From the NCBI RefSeq assembly GCF_001194135.2, contig NC_068983.1, forward strand, positions 102,443,855 through 102,496,490: a DNA stretch of 52,636 bases, in the 5' to 3' direction. Position numbers and translations under genes: made by a program. Source of the stretch: Octopus bimaculoides (lineage: Eukaryota). Shown in pieces: positions 22,171 to 33,255 of this stretch (its first letter is position 1; the number at the start of each line of letters is the position of its first letter). The notes under the pieces are model-generated. The model was given only the letters and a program-made list of their open reading frames with translations. It was not told where the DNA came from and did not search any database.

Positions 22171-23143
22171 TATACACANNNNNNNNNNNNNNNNNNNNNN
22201 NNNNNNNNNNNNNNNNNNNNNNNNNNNNNNNNNNNNNNNNNNNNNNNNNNNNNNNNNNNNNNNNNNNNNNNNNNNNNNNNNNNNNNNNNNNNNNNNNNNN
22301 NNNNNNNNNNNNNNNNNNNNNNNNNNNNNNNNNNNNNNNNNNNNNNNNNNNNNNNNNNNNNNNNNNNNNNNNNNNNNNNNNNNNNNNNNNNNNNNNNNNN
22401 NNNNNNNNNNNNNNNNNNNNNNNNNNNNNNNNNNNNNNNNNNNNNNNNNNNNNNNNNNNNNNNNNNNNNNNNNNNNNNNNNNNNNNNNNNNNNNNNNNNN
22501 NNNNNNNNNNNNNNNNNNNNNNNNNNNNNNNNNNNNNNNNNNNNNNNNNNNNNNNNNNNNNNNNNNNNNNNNNNNNNNNNNNNNNNNNNNNNNNNNNNNN
22601 NNNNNNNNNNNNNNNNNNNNNNNNNNNNNNNNNNNNNNNNNNNNNNNNNNNNNNNNNNNNNNNNNNNNNNNNNNNNNNNNNNNNNNNNNNNNNNNNNNNN
22701 NNNNNNNNNNNNNNNNNNNNNNNNNNNNNNNNNNNNNNNNNNNNNNNNNNNNNNNNNNNNNNNNNNNNNNNNNNNNNNNNNNNNNNNNNNNNNNNNNNNN
22801 NNNNNNNNNNNNNNNNNNNNNNNNNNNNNNNNNNNNNNNNNNNNNNNNNNNNNNNNNNNNNNNNNNNNNNNNNNNNNNNNNNNNNNNNNNNNNNNNNNNN
22901 NNNNNNNNNNNNNNNNNNNNNNNNNNNNNNNNNNNNNNNNNNNNNNNNNNNNNNNNNNNNNNNNNNNNNNNNNNNNNNNNNNNNNNNNNNNNNNNNNNNN
23001 NNNNNNNNNNNNNNNNNNNNNNNNNNNNNNNNNNNNNNNNNNNNNNNNNNNNNNNNNNNNNNNNNNNNNNNNNNNNNNNNNNNNNNNNNNNNNNNNNNNN
23101 NNNNNNNNNNNNNNNNNNNNNNNNNNNNNNNNNNNNNNNNNNN

Positions 23144-23480
23144 GACACCTTGGGCAAGTGTCTTCTACTATAGCCTCGGGCCGACGAAAGCCTTATGAGT
23201 GGATTTGGTAGATGGAAACTGAAAGAAGCCCGTCGTATATATGTATATATATATATGTGTGTGTATTTGTGTGTCTGTGTTTGTTCCCCCTAGCATTGCT
23301 TGACAACCGATGCTGGTGTGTTTATGTCCCTGTCACTTAGCGGTTCGGCAAAAAAGACCGATAGAATAAGTACTAGGCTTACAAAGAATAAGGCCTGGGG
23401 TCGATTTGCTCGACTAAAGGCAGTACTCCAGCATGGCTGCAGTCAAATGACTGAAACAAGTAAAAGAGTAAAAGAGAGTA
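23144..23480 (+). mobile_element. SINE family B (head lost in the gap)
   Basis: CCTTGGGCAAGTGTCTTCTACTATAGCCTCGGGCCGAC...GAAGCCCGTCG(TA)n(TG)n...CAGTCAAATGACTGAAACAAGTAAAAGAG. Confidence 0.9.
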
Positions 23481-24223
23481 CATTATTAATTGCTTTATTT
23501 CAGTAGTAGTATATTTTTCTGTCTTACTACCTTATAATAAAAATAAATGAATAAATAAATAAAAATTACATACCTAACATCCACTCACCATAATAAGTAT
23601 ATCTCTTTATAGAGGCTGTGAACATTGAATTTCACCATAGTGCATGACAAATGTAGCCTTATCAGTTGGAAAATTCCCGGAAGAAGGAGGCAGTGATATT
23701 AAGTTAAGGGAACTTAAATTCTATTACATCTTTGCACCACTATGTCCCCAGAAACTATAAACATCTATATGAATTTATAATATTCTCTACACTCCACTCA
23801 TTCTGTGTATATAATTTTAACACTGTTTTTATTATATGTAGGACTATATATTGTATGTTCTTAATACATTCTTAGCATATTTATATATATTTTTTATCTA
23901 TATATTCTTAATGTATTTTTAGTATACTTTTAAGTATATTTATATATTTATATATTTTTAGTACATGATTTTGTGCACAATAATTTTAGAAGTGAATATA
24001 TTTTAGTAACCTATCTTTTTTATCTCTAATCATTATTTTTCAAAGATATATATATATATTTATATATATATATATATGCATATATTATGGAGATATACTT
24101 GCATAGCAAGTGACCTGATCTGAGATTGTGTGCTAAAATGAAAACAATTGCAGTGTGGAAGGTATTTATAAGCCATTTAAGAAACACACAAAAACCGTTG
24201 GATTCACTTCAACATTTAAATTT

Positions 24224-24279
24224 AATTTGCCAAAATATTTTCATTGCTTTGAGACTGTGACCTGTTCACTGACAAAATT
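24224..24279 (-). ncRNA. Mirror hammerhead-like fold (left arm), stem II decayed
   Basis: Same core GTGAACA/GAAA on the minus strand. Stem II GTCAC/GCAAT is disrupted by CpG-type transitions. Confidence 0.3.
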
Positions 24280-24292
24280 CCGTGCTGCATGG

Positions 24293-24348
24293 AATTTTGT
24301 CAGTGAACAGGTTGCGGTCTCAAAGCGACGAAAATATTTTGGCAAATT
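24293..24348 (+). ncRNA. Hammerhead-like fold with a G3-C8 core (right arm of the palindrome)
   Basis: AATTTTGTCA GTGAACA G GTTGC GGTCTCAAA GCGAC GAAA ATAT TT TGGCAAATT. Stem I about 9 bp, stem II 5 bp, GAAA present, palindromic stem III AAAATATTTT, and a predicted UUU site. Confidence 0.45.
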
Positions 24349-25199
24349 AAATTTAAATGTTGAAGTGAATTTAACGGTTTTTGTGTGTTTCTTAAATGGC
24401 TTATAAACACCTTTCATGCTGCAATTGTTTTTGTATATGTATATATATATATNNNNNNNNNNNNNNNNNNNNNNNNNNNNNNNNNNNNNNNNNNNNNNNN
24501 NNNNNNNNNNNNNNNNNNNNNNNNNNNNNNNNNNNNNNNNNNNNNNNNNNNNNNNNNNNNNNNNNNNNNNNNNNNNNNNNNNNNNNNNNNNNNNNNNNNN
24601 NNNNNNNNNNNNNNNNNNNNNNNNNNNNNNNNNNNNNNNNNNNNNNNNNNNNNNNNNNNNNNNNNNNNNNNNNNNNNNNNNNNNNNNNNNNNNNNNNNNN
24701 NNNNNNNNNNNNNNNNNNNNNNNNNNNNNNNNNNNNNNNNNNNNNNNNNNNNNNNNNNNNNNNNNNNNNNNNNNNNNNNNNNNNNNNNNNNNNNNNNNNN
24801 NNNNNNNNNNNNNNNNNNNNNNNNNNNNNNNNNNNNNNNNNNNNNNNNNNNNNNNNNNNNNNNNNNNNNNNNNNNNNNNNNNNNNNNNNNNNNNNNNNNN
24901 NNNNNNNNNNNNNNNNNNNNNNNNNNNNNNNNNNNNNNNNNNNNNNNNNNNNNNNNNNNNNNNNNNNNNNNNNNNNNNNNNNNNNNNNNNNNNNNNNNNN
25001 NNNNNNNNNNNNNNNNNNNNNNNNNNNNNNNNNNNNNNNNNNNNNNNNNNNNNNNNNNNNNNNNNNNNNNNNNNNNNNNNNNNNNNNNNNNNNNNNNNNN
25101 NNNNNNNNNNNNNNNNNNNNTATATATATATATATATGGGTGGGGGCTCTTGCTAATCAGTGGAAGAGTCAGCTTCATTATGCAAGCATAGATTCACAC

Positions 25200-25558
25200 A
25201 GACATTGTTGTGTGGTAAGAAGTTTGCTTCCCTTTGGTAAGTGTCTTTTACAATAGTCTCAAGCCAATCAAAGCCTTGAGTGAATTCGGTAAACAGAAAC
25301 TGAAACAAAACTGTTGCATATATATATAACTACTTTTGTCCAGCCAGTCACCATGATTGACTGCTAACTCCAAAAGTTTTTTCTTTTTCTACTTATTTCC
25401 TCATACTCCTTTCTGTTGAAGAGTGTAAGCTCGAAATGTAAAAGTCTTTCTGACCTTCCCGAGCATCAAACTAATACACCGGTTTGTTGTTTATACACCT
25501 GTCTTTGTCATTTGTTTTTCTGTAAATTTCAACTATATATATAATATATATATATATT

Positions 25559-25618
<60 letters not shown>

Positions 25619-25795
25619 TGTTTGTGACAACTGGTGTTGGTGTGTTTACATCCCCATGACTTAGCAGTTTGGTGAAAGAGAATGACTGAATAAGCAACAG
25701 GCTTAAAAGAAAATAAGTACTGGGGTTTAACTAAAATTCCTTAAGGCTGTGCTCCAGTAAGGCCACAGTCTAATGACTGAAACAAGTGAAAATAA
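25200..25795 (+). mobile_element. SINE family B split at its (TA)n by an insertion (head 25200-25320, 3' half 25600-25795)
   Basis: The head TGTGTGGTAAGAAGTTTGCTTCC..AGAAACTGAAAC and the 3' half TGACAACTGGTGTTGGTGTGTTTACATCCCC..CTAATGACTGAAACAAG are collinear with the intact copy. Confidence 0.7.
25409..25444 (+). ncRNA. Minimal hammerhead-like motif with an A6U core variant
   Basis: CTTT CTGTTGA A GAGT GTAA GCTC GAAAT GTA AAAG. Stem I CUUU/AAAG, stem II GAGU/GCUC with a GNRA loop, and a GUA site. Confidence 0.45.
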
Positions 25796-25924
25796 AAAAA
25801 AATATGTATCATCATTTCTATTCTGCTACCCCGCCATCAGACATTCTCAACTCCTCCCACTCCTTCTTGTTTACAAATTAACTGATCATAACAGTTTTCT
25901 ACCTCCAGTTTGAAGAGAGGTTAT

Positions 25925-26390
25925 ATGTCCGCTGCCATTGGAGTCTGACAAAAGTTGGGTGTGAAACTAAAGGAGATCCTCAGTTTGTACCTATTGAACA
26001 AACATCCATACCTGTGTGTTTGCATGAAGTGCTTGTCTACTAACCTAAGGGATATTCTTCCCATAAAAGTTTTAATATTGAGTGAGAAGGGTCGGGTAAA
26101 CCAAATGACATTCCGGTGGCATTTCCTTTTGCGAGGGCTAGGGCCTGGTGTGTTGGAGATGTGATCCTTAAACCCACTGGACTATCAGGGCCTTGTTGTA
26201 ATAGAAGGGTCACCGAAAATTTCCTGATTTGAGGACAAGTTCGAGATCCTCTTCCTGACATCTTCACTAAGATCCTGAACATGATAGGTGGGTGGCAGGA
26301 GACTGTGTTGATATAGGACAGCCTTTTGTTTGGTTTGTGGTAGGGCCTGAATGAACTGGAGCCCAAGTCTAACATGATGTCTAGGAAGTT
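25925..26390 (-). pseudogene. Penelope-like RT C-terminal fragment
   Basis: Across frameshifts: LDLGSSSFRPYHKPNKRLSYINTVSCHPPIMF, KRISNLSSNQEIF, SGFKDHIS, RKCHRNVIWFTRPFSLNIKT, LVDKHF and LFNRYKLRISFS. Confidence 0.85.
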
Positions 26391-26398
26391 TATATGTA

Positions 26399-26437
<39 letters not shown>

Positions 26438-26538
26438 NNNNNNNNNNNNNNNNNNNNNNNNNNNNNNNNNNNNNNNNNNNNNNNNNNNNNNNNNNNNNNN
26501 NNNNNNNNNNNNNNNNNNNNNNNNNNNNNNNATATACA

Positions 26539-26688
26539 CATAACTAATTTTCAAATAGAAAGGAAATTTAAATCGATTAAAATCAATTAAAATTATCGAA
26601 AATAAATTCTATTTAAAAATATTATTTTTGATAATTTTAATTGATTTTAATCGATTTAAATTTCCTTTCTCTTTGAAAATTAGTTATG
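26539..26688. repeat. 150-bp AT-rich inverted repeat (67-bp arms, 16-nt spacer)
   Basis: Arms 26539-26605 and 26622-26688 differ at 2 positions. Confidence 0.92.
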
Positions 26689-26979
26689 AAACACATGTAT
26701 ATATACACATATATATATCACATCTATACATACATATATGTTTATACACTTATTTACACATACATAAACAAGCCATCATAGAAAAAAATGCATTAAAATA
26801 ATGATAATAATAAAATAATATAAAATATGGTCAGAGAGGAATAGGTGGAGGTATACCTCTCTCAAGTGCTTGTATTTGAAAGAGACATGTTGCACTTATC
26901 TCTCTCAAATCACATCTTATTATATCATATTATAAGATTATAATATTACCTTGTTATATTTTAATATTATACAATAAGA

Positions 26980-27200
26980 CAAGGCAGTGAGCTGGCAGAA
27001 TCATTAGTATGCCAGGCAAAATGCTTAGCAGCATTTCGTTCATCTTTATGTTCTCAGTTCAAATTCTGCCAAGGTCAACTTTGCTTTTCATCCTTTTGGA
27101 GTCAATAAAACAAGTACCAGTTGAGCACTGGGGTTGATGCAATTAACTTAGCCCCTTTCCTGAAATGACTGACCTTGTGCCAAAATTTGAAACCAATATA
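26980..27200 (+). mobile_element. SINE family A
   Basis: Full head and core; tail CCTTGTGCCAAAATTTGAAACCAAT. Confidence 0.88.
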
Positions 27201-28889
27201 ATACAATAAGATGTATAATATTATCATGTTATAGATAACACTATCTATAATGCCCCCCTTTTTTAAGAGAGTACGATATGACTTGAGGCAGTGTTTGCTA
27301 TTATTTTTAGGTGGTTGAGTGACTCCAGATAGGCTTCACCATTTGCTCAATACCATATATAGTCACAAACATGTATATATGGCTAATTTGCCATTTGACT
27401 TTTATTTTTAATAATCATACCACTTCCAGTCTGAGACAAAATGAATGAATCATTCCTCAGTTTTTGATACTTGTCAATGAATTATTGAAGCAACCATTTA
27501 ATCATGAAATGGAAATGGATGCTATTTTCAGCATATTAAACTGCTTTTAGGCATACATTGAATTATTCTGCTGCTTTCATATAACCCAAGTGAAAATAGC
27601 TGTTATTAATGTACAAATATCCATAACTTGTTTTAGTCATGTAGTGTCTGACATGAATTCCTCCACAGTATACAATAGTCTGCAGTCTGATGCACCAATG
27701 CCTTTATGATATTCAACAGCCTATAAGTTTATTCACCTCACCCACATTCCAATAAACAGACAAGAGTCTTTGTGACATACTAGTGTCCACAACAGCACAA
27801 TCTGATGTAAAGGCATGATGCATATATAACTGGCAAGAGGAAGGAATCATTTAAAATTGAAATGTTTGATATCAATATATTGATTGAATCTTCTTTTTTT
27901 TTCTAAACTGTAAATCATCTACCATTAAGGAGTCAGCCATTAAATTGTTTAATCCACTAAGTCTATAATAATACATTATTAGATTTGAGTGGGTCATAAA
28001 TGATACATCACTTAAATCAATAACTTGAATGCAACATTATAAAATACGACATTAACAAAGCTATTTTTCACATACACCCCCACACAAATTTTAACTACTA
28101 TTTCATGGCTTCTTTTCAAAAAGGAAAAATTTATTAATGAAATTATTTTTTTCTGATAAAAATATTGACATAGACAATTGAGTGAAACAAAATATTTAGC
28201 ACTGGCCTAACATATCTAGCAAATAACAAAGGTGCCAGCATCAGGAAAAAGAAATTGTGAGAATTTGTCTAGCAGACAAGTCAAATCAATATCTTTATTA
28301 GAAAATAAATGTAAAGAGTGATGGTAATTTTGTAACCACTTTCTTCACAGTTGTGTATCAGACTGATTCATTAAAGTACTGACATATATTACTACAACGA
28401 AGTATAATATTCATTATATATAGAGAGATCTTTATTATAACCTCAGTACTGTCAGTGACAATATGTAAGACAGACACTTTTAAATCAATGCTTGCAGTGT
28501 AACTACAGGATGGATGGAGCTACATGAAAGATGGTCAGAAGTTTTATAGATGATAACTGCATCCTATGAATAATACTATGAATTTTTGATATTGTATCAT
28601 ATCATATAGATCAACTTCTTCAAAAACATCTTTGTATATCTATGGAAGACATTGACTGATAGACAACATTAAAGATTTACGATCAAAAGTAATCGAGTGA
28701 CACTTGACATGAGAAGAATTGTCAAATACAATCAAAGAATTAAAAAAATTGATAAAACAATAATTAGAAAATGACCAAAGAACAGAAGTGCTTTCATTGT
28801 TGTTGTTGTTTTTTCCCTCCCAACCAATACTAACATAAAATTAATGACTGTTAAATAAAATTAAAAGATGGACATATTTTATTGTTATT

Positions 28890-29110
28890 GTTATTGTTTA
28901 GTCCCAGGTCAGCTTTGAGCAAGCAGAACTATGATCAAAGGCATTCAAGCTGTGATCATCCCATCTTTATTCTCCCCTCACCCCAAACATAGTGTATGCA
29001 TGGCTATATTATCTAACATATCCTCCCTTTTAAAAATGATTATAAATAATTTGAGGGAAATTTAGACAGCTATTTCTAGCAGGTCAAATAACCACAAAGA
29101 GCCTCCCTTG
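28890..29110. mobile_element. Unclassified dispersed repeat
   Basis: TGTTTAGTCCCAGGTCAGC...GCTATTTCTAGCAGGTC. Partial matches near 8715-9030, 12620-12930, 27290-27330 and 39125-39300. Confidence 0.5.
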
Positions 29111-29159
29111 TATATGAACTTAATGATCACAATCTTAATTATAGATGGTTAGTCCATAT

Positions 29160-29390
29160 TACTCTGTAAGAGAATAGGGTCAGTTTCCCAGATTTCTTTG
29201 TCATGTGTATTCCTCCCTAGACGGGACACTGACCCATTGTGGGATTACTCATTTTTACTTGCTGAGTGGACTAGAACTATGTGAAATGAAGTGTTTTGCT
29301 CAAGAACACAATGTGTTGCCCACTCCAGCAATTGAAACTACAACCTTACAACCATGAGTCCAACTCTCAAATCACTAAGTCATATACCAC
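29160..29390 (-). mobile_element. tRNA-derived SINE with a V-domain-like core
   Basis: The reverse complement contains TGTGTTCTTGAGCAAAACACTTCATTTCACATAGTTCTAGTCCACTCAGCAAGTAAAAATGAGT. Confidence 0.6.
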
Positions 29391-30094
29391 CCTGAGTTTA
29401 GATGAATGAGTTATATTTACTCCATGGTACACAATTTTAGGATGGAACTAAAGCAATCTATTCTGTTTTGGAGTGAAGTAACAGCAACAATAATATGAGT
29501 GGTTGACTTTTTTTTTCCAGAAGTCTGTAAAGCAGACAAATGGCACATTGATTCTTCTCAATGATTCTGTAAAATCTAAAATAAGGAATGGATGGGTCAT
29601 GATTTTTCTCTTCATATTTTTTTTTCAATTCAAACTTTCTTCACAATATTTCTATTTTGCCATTGTTTTTGCTTTAAATTATTTTGTAAATTCAATGCCA
29701 TTGAATTGTAAAATGGTCCAAGGAAATGATTTATTTAAATTCTATATACAACTAGTCTTACAATGTTGGTCATGCTATGGGAAAAAGTACAGACAAATGT
29801 AAAAGCAGTGAATTTATATAAAGTAACTGTTTGATAATTTTATTACATGCAATCAGTAGTGGGAGGTGAAACAAAGTAAACAAGCCACTACCACTCTTGC
29901 CACCACCTCCATCACTGTTGTCCTCCTCCTAATCATCTTCCTCATCATCATCATTGCCATGTGTAAGGGCATATCTTATTCTCTCTTCAAAACATGATCC
30001 AGTCAAGCTTCACTGATTAAATGTTTCATTGGTGTACTTGCTTAATGGAGAGCTGTCTTCAGTGCCTGAGAGAAGTAAAAACAGAAAAAAAACC

Positions 30095-30674
30095 GGATCT
30101 ATTTTAAAACGGGGGCCACATTTTTCATTAATGTTTTACGTAGTGTTTTTGGTACGGAAAGACTTTCAAACTTCGTATACTTATCTATTTTGTATTAAAG
30201 AACAGAAAAATATTTTTGTATTCGAATTTATTTCATGTAAAAAATTGTCTTATTTCGATAATTTCAACCAATCACTGACAAGTATTCAGTTGTTTACATT
30301 TACTCCTTTGGCTGATTAAGCGGTGTAAAGCGTATCTAATCTCCATACCTTCGTTTTATTTGCTTTTTTCATTTTAAATTTGCTTTAACCCTAACCCTAA
30401 CCCTAACCCTAACCCTAGGGTTAGGGTTAGGGTTAATTGTTTCAGAATCGTTTGTTTATGTAGTCGGCACTTAATGTATATCGGCTGAATGGACGTCAGT
30501 GATTGGTTGAAATTACAGAAATACGACAACTTTAACATGGAATAACTTATGGATTTCTTTTCTTTTTAAGAAGACTAAGAGAAAAAGATGTTTTATATGA
30601 CACATTCTACCAGTGTTCCAAGTTTCAAAGTGTTTCGTTAATGAAAAATGTGGCCCCCGTTTTAAAAAAGATCC
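30095..30674. mobile_element. 580-bp MITE with about 39-bp TIRs and a 9-bp TSD (Merlin- or Mutator-like)
   Basis: TIRs GGATCTATTTTAAAACGGGGGCCACATTTTTCATTAATG / GGATCTTTTTTAAAACGGGGGCCACATTTTTCATTAACG. TSD AAAAAAACC at 30086-30094 and 30675-30683. Confidence 0.85.
30385..30436. repeat. Head-to-head telomeric-type repeats (TAACCC)5-TAGGG(TTAGGG)2 inside the MITE
   Basis: Read directly; palindromic about CCCT|AGGG at 30416/30417. Confidence 0.95.
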
Positions 30675-31137
30675 AAAAAAACCAACACAATACAAAATCA
30701 AAGCAGACAACTAAATGTACAAAAGGAAGAAGAAAACAAACACTTCAGTGAACAATTAATAGAACATGACCTAAATACACAAGTTAAACTTCAAGAGGGC
30801 AGTATTGATAACAATAACCGTAGCAACTTTTACACAATGAAATACTGTGACCTATTCATATAGAAGTTGTGTGAAGGCTAACCTCCTTGAATACTAAATG
30901 AAAAGGTGGAATTTTTAGATCTATCACAGTTACATGAAAAATTTAAGTGGGAGAATTTGGTAAAGTCAAACAGTATTTCTTTGCAGCTGAAGATAATCCA
31001 GGTGAGGGCAAGGAGAAAGATTATATGGCTCTGCTTATGAAAAGCTGTACGTGTATTAAACCTTTTCTCACACATCATGTAGTTCAACAGACTATCCAGG
31101 ATACATGCATATACACACACACTCACTTTCATACACA

Positions 31138-31535
31138 GTGGAGATGCAATGGCCCAGTGGTTAGGGCAGCGGACTCGTGGTCATAGGATTGTTGTTTCGA
31201 TTCCTAGACCGGGCGTTGTGAGTGTTTATTGAGCGAAAACACCTAAAAGCTCCACGAGGCTCCGGCAGGGGATGGTGGCGAACCCTGCTGTACTCTTTCA
31301 CCACAACTTTCTCTCACTCTTTCTTCCTGTTTCTATTGTACCTGCATTTCAAAGGGCCAACCTTGTCACATTCTATGTCACGCTGAATATCCCCGAAAAC
31401 TACGTTAAGGGTACACGTGTCTGTCGAGTGCTCAGCCACTTGCATGTAAATTTCACGAGCAGGCTGTTCCGTTGATCGGATTAACTGGAACCTTCGATGT
31501 CGTAAGCGACGGAGTGCCAACAATAACAACAACTT
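31138..31535 (+). mobile_element. tRNA-derived SINE family C, full length
   Basis: A box TGGCCCAGTGG, B box GTTTCGATTCC, body CAAAGGGCCAACCTTGTCACA..GGGTACACGTGTCTGTCGAGTGCTCAGCC, and an (AAC)n tail. Confidence 0.85.
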
Positions 31536-31564
31536 TCATATACATGCACACACACACACACAAT

Positions 31565-31725
31565 GATGGAGCTTCCTCACAGTTTCCTTCAACCAAACTC
31601 ACTTTCAAGGCATTGGTCAAATTGGGGCTAAAATAGAAGACACTTATTCAAAGTGCTATGCAGTGGGACTGAACCTGAAACTACTTGGTTGCAAAGCGAG
31701 CTTCTTAACCACCCAGCCATGCCAG
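31565..31725 (-). mobile_element. SINE family B head
   Basis: Reverse complement GGCTGGGTGGTTAAGAAGCTCGCTTTGCAACC..GGTTCAGTCCCACTGC. Confidence 0.7.
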
Positions 31726-32070
31726 TTGGCAGGAAATCTGTTGAAAACTAAATGGTTATGTCAAGAACAGAATGGAAGGATACAGAATAGTTGCTTCAGT
31801 AAGGAGTGAGAGGTTTCTGCTTGTCCATAAAAGACTATATGAGACATGTATGATATTGAATGGCGAGTGCTGTAGCGAAACAAATTGTAACTGTACATTA
31901 CTGGGCTGCATGTGTAGAAGATGTTCTGAGAATAGATTGTGAAAGCTATCCTTGTGTACTGAGATGAAATCTGAGAATTTTGAATGTACAAAGAGATGTC
32001 AGAGAAACAAGCCACGAATAGAAAAGCCTGTCTCAGCTGAGAGAAAAAAAAACATTACACTAAAATACTA

Positions 32071-32463
32071 ATGATTATGATGAAGATGATGATGGTGATG
32101 ATGATGATGACGACGATGATGGCGATGATGATTATAACAATGTCAAAGGCAATGACAACTACAATGATGACAATGGCAACTTCAACGATGATGACAATAA
32201 CACTTATGATGATGACAACAACAATGGCAATGATGACAACATTGATAATAGTGACAACAACAATGGCAATAACAATGACGACAACGACAATAACAAAGAC
32301 GACGATGACAACAACAATGACGACAACGACAATAACAAAGATGACGATGACAACAACAAAGGCGATGATAACAACAACAATGATGATAATGACAACGACA
32401 ATGACAACAACAAAGATGATGATGACAATAACAAGGATGACGATGACATCAACAAAGACAACA
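32071..32463. repeat. Cryptic trinucleotide repeat (ATG/ACA/ACG), running into a gap
   Basis: Read directly. It produces the M/T-rich 496-aa pseudo-ORF. Confidence 0.92.
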
Positions 32464-33255
32464 NNNNNNNNNNNNNNNNNNNNNNNNNNNNNNNNNNNNN
32501 NNNNNNNNNNNNNNNNNNNNNNNNNNNNNNNNNNNNNNNNNNNNNNNNNNNNNNNNNNNNNNNNNNNNNNNNNNNNNNNNNNNNNNNNNNNNNNNNNNNN
32601 NNNNNNNNNNNNNNNNNNNNNNNNNNNNNNNNNNNNNNNNNNNNNNNNNNNNNNNNNNNNNNNNNNNNNNNNNNNNNNNNNNNNNNNNNNNNNNNNNNNN
32701 NNNNNNNNNNNNNNNNNNNNNNNNNNNNNNNNNNNNNNNNNNNNNNNNNNNNNNNNNNNNNNNNNNNNNNNNNNNNNNNNNNNNNNNNNNNNNNNNNNNN
32801 NNNNNNNNNNNNNNNNNNNNNNNNNNNNNNNNNNNNNNNNNNNNNNNNNNNNNNNNNNNNNNNNNNNNNNNNNNNNNNNNNNNNNNNNNNNNNNNNNNNN
32901 NNNNNNNNNNNNNNNNNNNNNNNNNNNNNNNNNNNNNNNNNNNNNNNNNNNNNNNNNNNNNNNNNNNNNNNNNNNNNNNNNNNNNNNNNNNNNNNNNNNN
33001 NNNNNNNNNNNNNNNNNNNNNNNNNNNNNNNNNNNNNNNNNNNNNNNNNNNNNNNNNNNNNNNNNNNNNNNNNNNNNNNNNNNNNNNNNNNNNNNNNNNN
33101 NNNNNNNNNNNNNNNNNNNNNNNNNNNNNNNNNNNNNNNNNNNNNNNNNNNNNNNNNNNNNNNNNNNNNNNNNNNNNNNNNNNNNNNNNNNNNNNNNNNN
33201 NNNNNNNNNNNNNNNNNNNNNNNNNNNNNNNNNNNNNNNNNNNNNNNNNNNNNNC

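Larger units (their letters stand above)
24141..24431. repeat. 291-bp near-perfect palindrome (145-bp arms, 1-nt centre at 24286)
   Basis: The arms align without indels and differ at 12 positions by my count, all transitions (about 92% identity). Flanked by (TA)-rich tracts. Confidence 0.95.

Noticed and set aside
23600-23636. Acceptor TCTCTTTATAG followed by AVNIEFHHSA* as a terminal exon
   Set aside because: It is not phase-compatible with the preceding candidate exon, is very short, and has no other support.
22037-25256. Long ORFs (250-380 aa) in the track, and similar ones at 32055-33561, 37878-38800 and 49649-51890
   Set aside because: They are runs of N (translated X) flanked by (TA)n, (CA)n or trinucleotide repeats, and are not coding.
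30385-30436. True telomere or chromosome-fusion scar
   Set aside because: It is only about 50 bp and is enclosed by TIRs and a 9-bp TSD, so it belongs to a MITE.
31138-31210. tRNA gene (A and B boxes present)
   Set aside because: It continues into a SINE body and tail with no acceptor-stem closure, so it is a tRNA-derived SINE head. The same applies to the family A and B heads.
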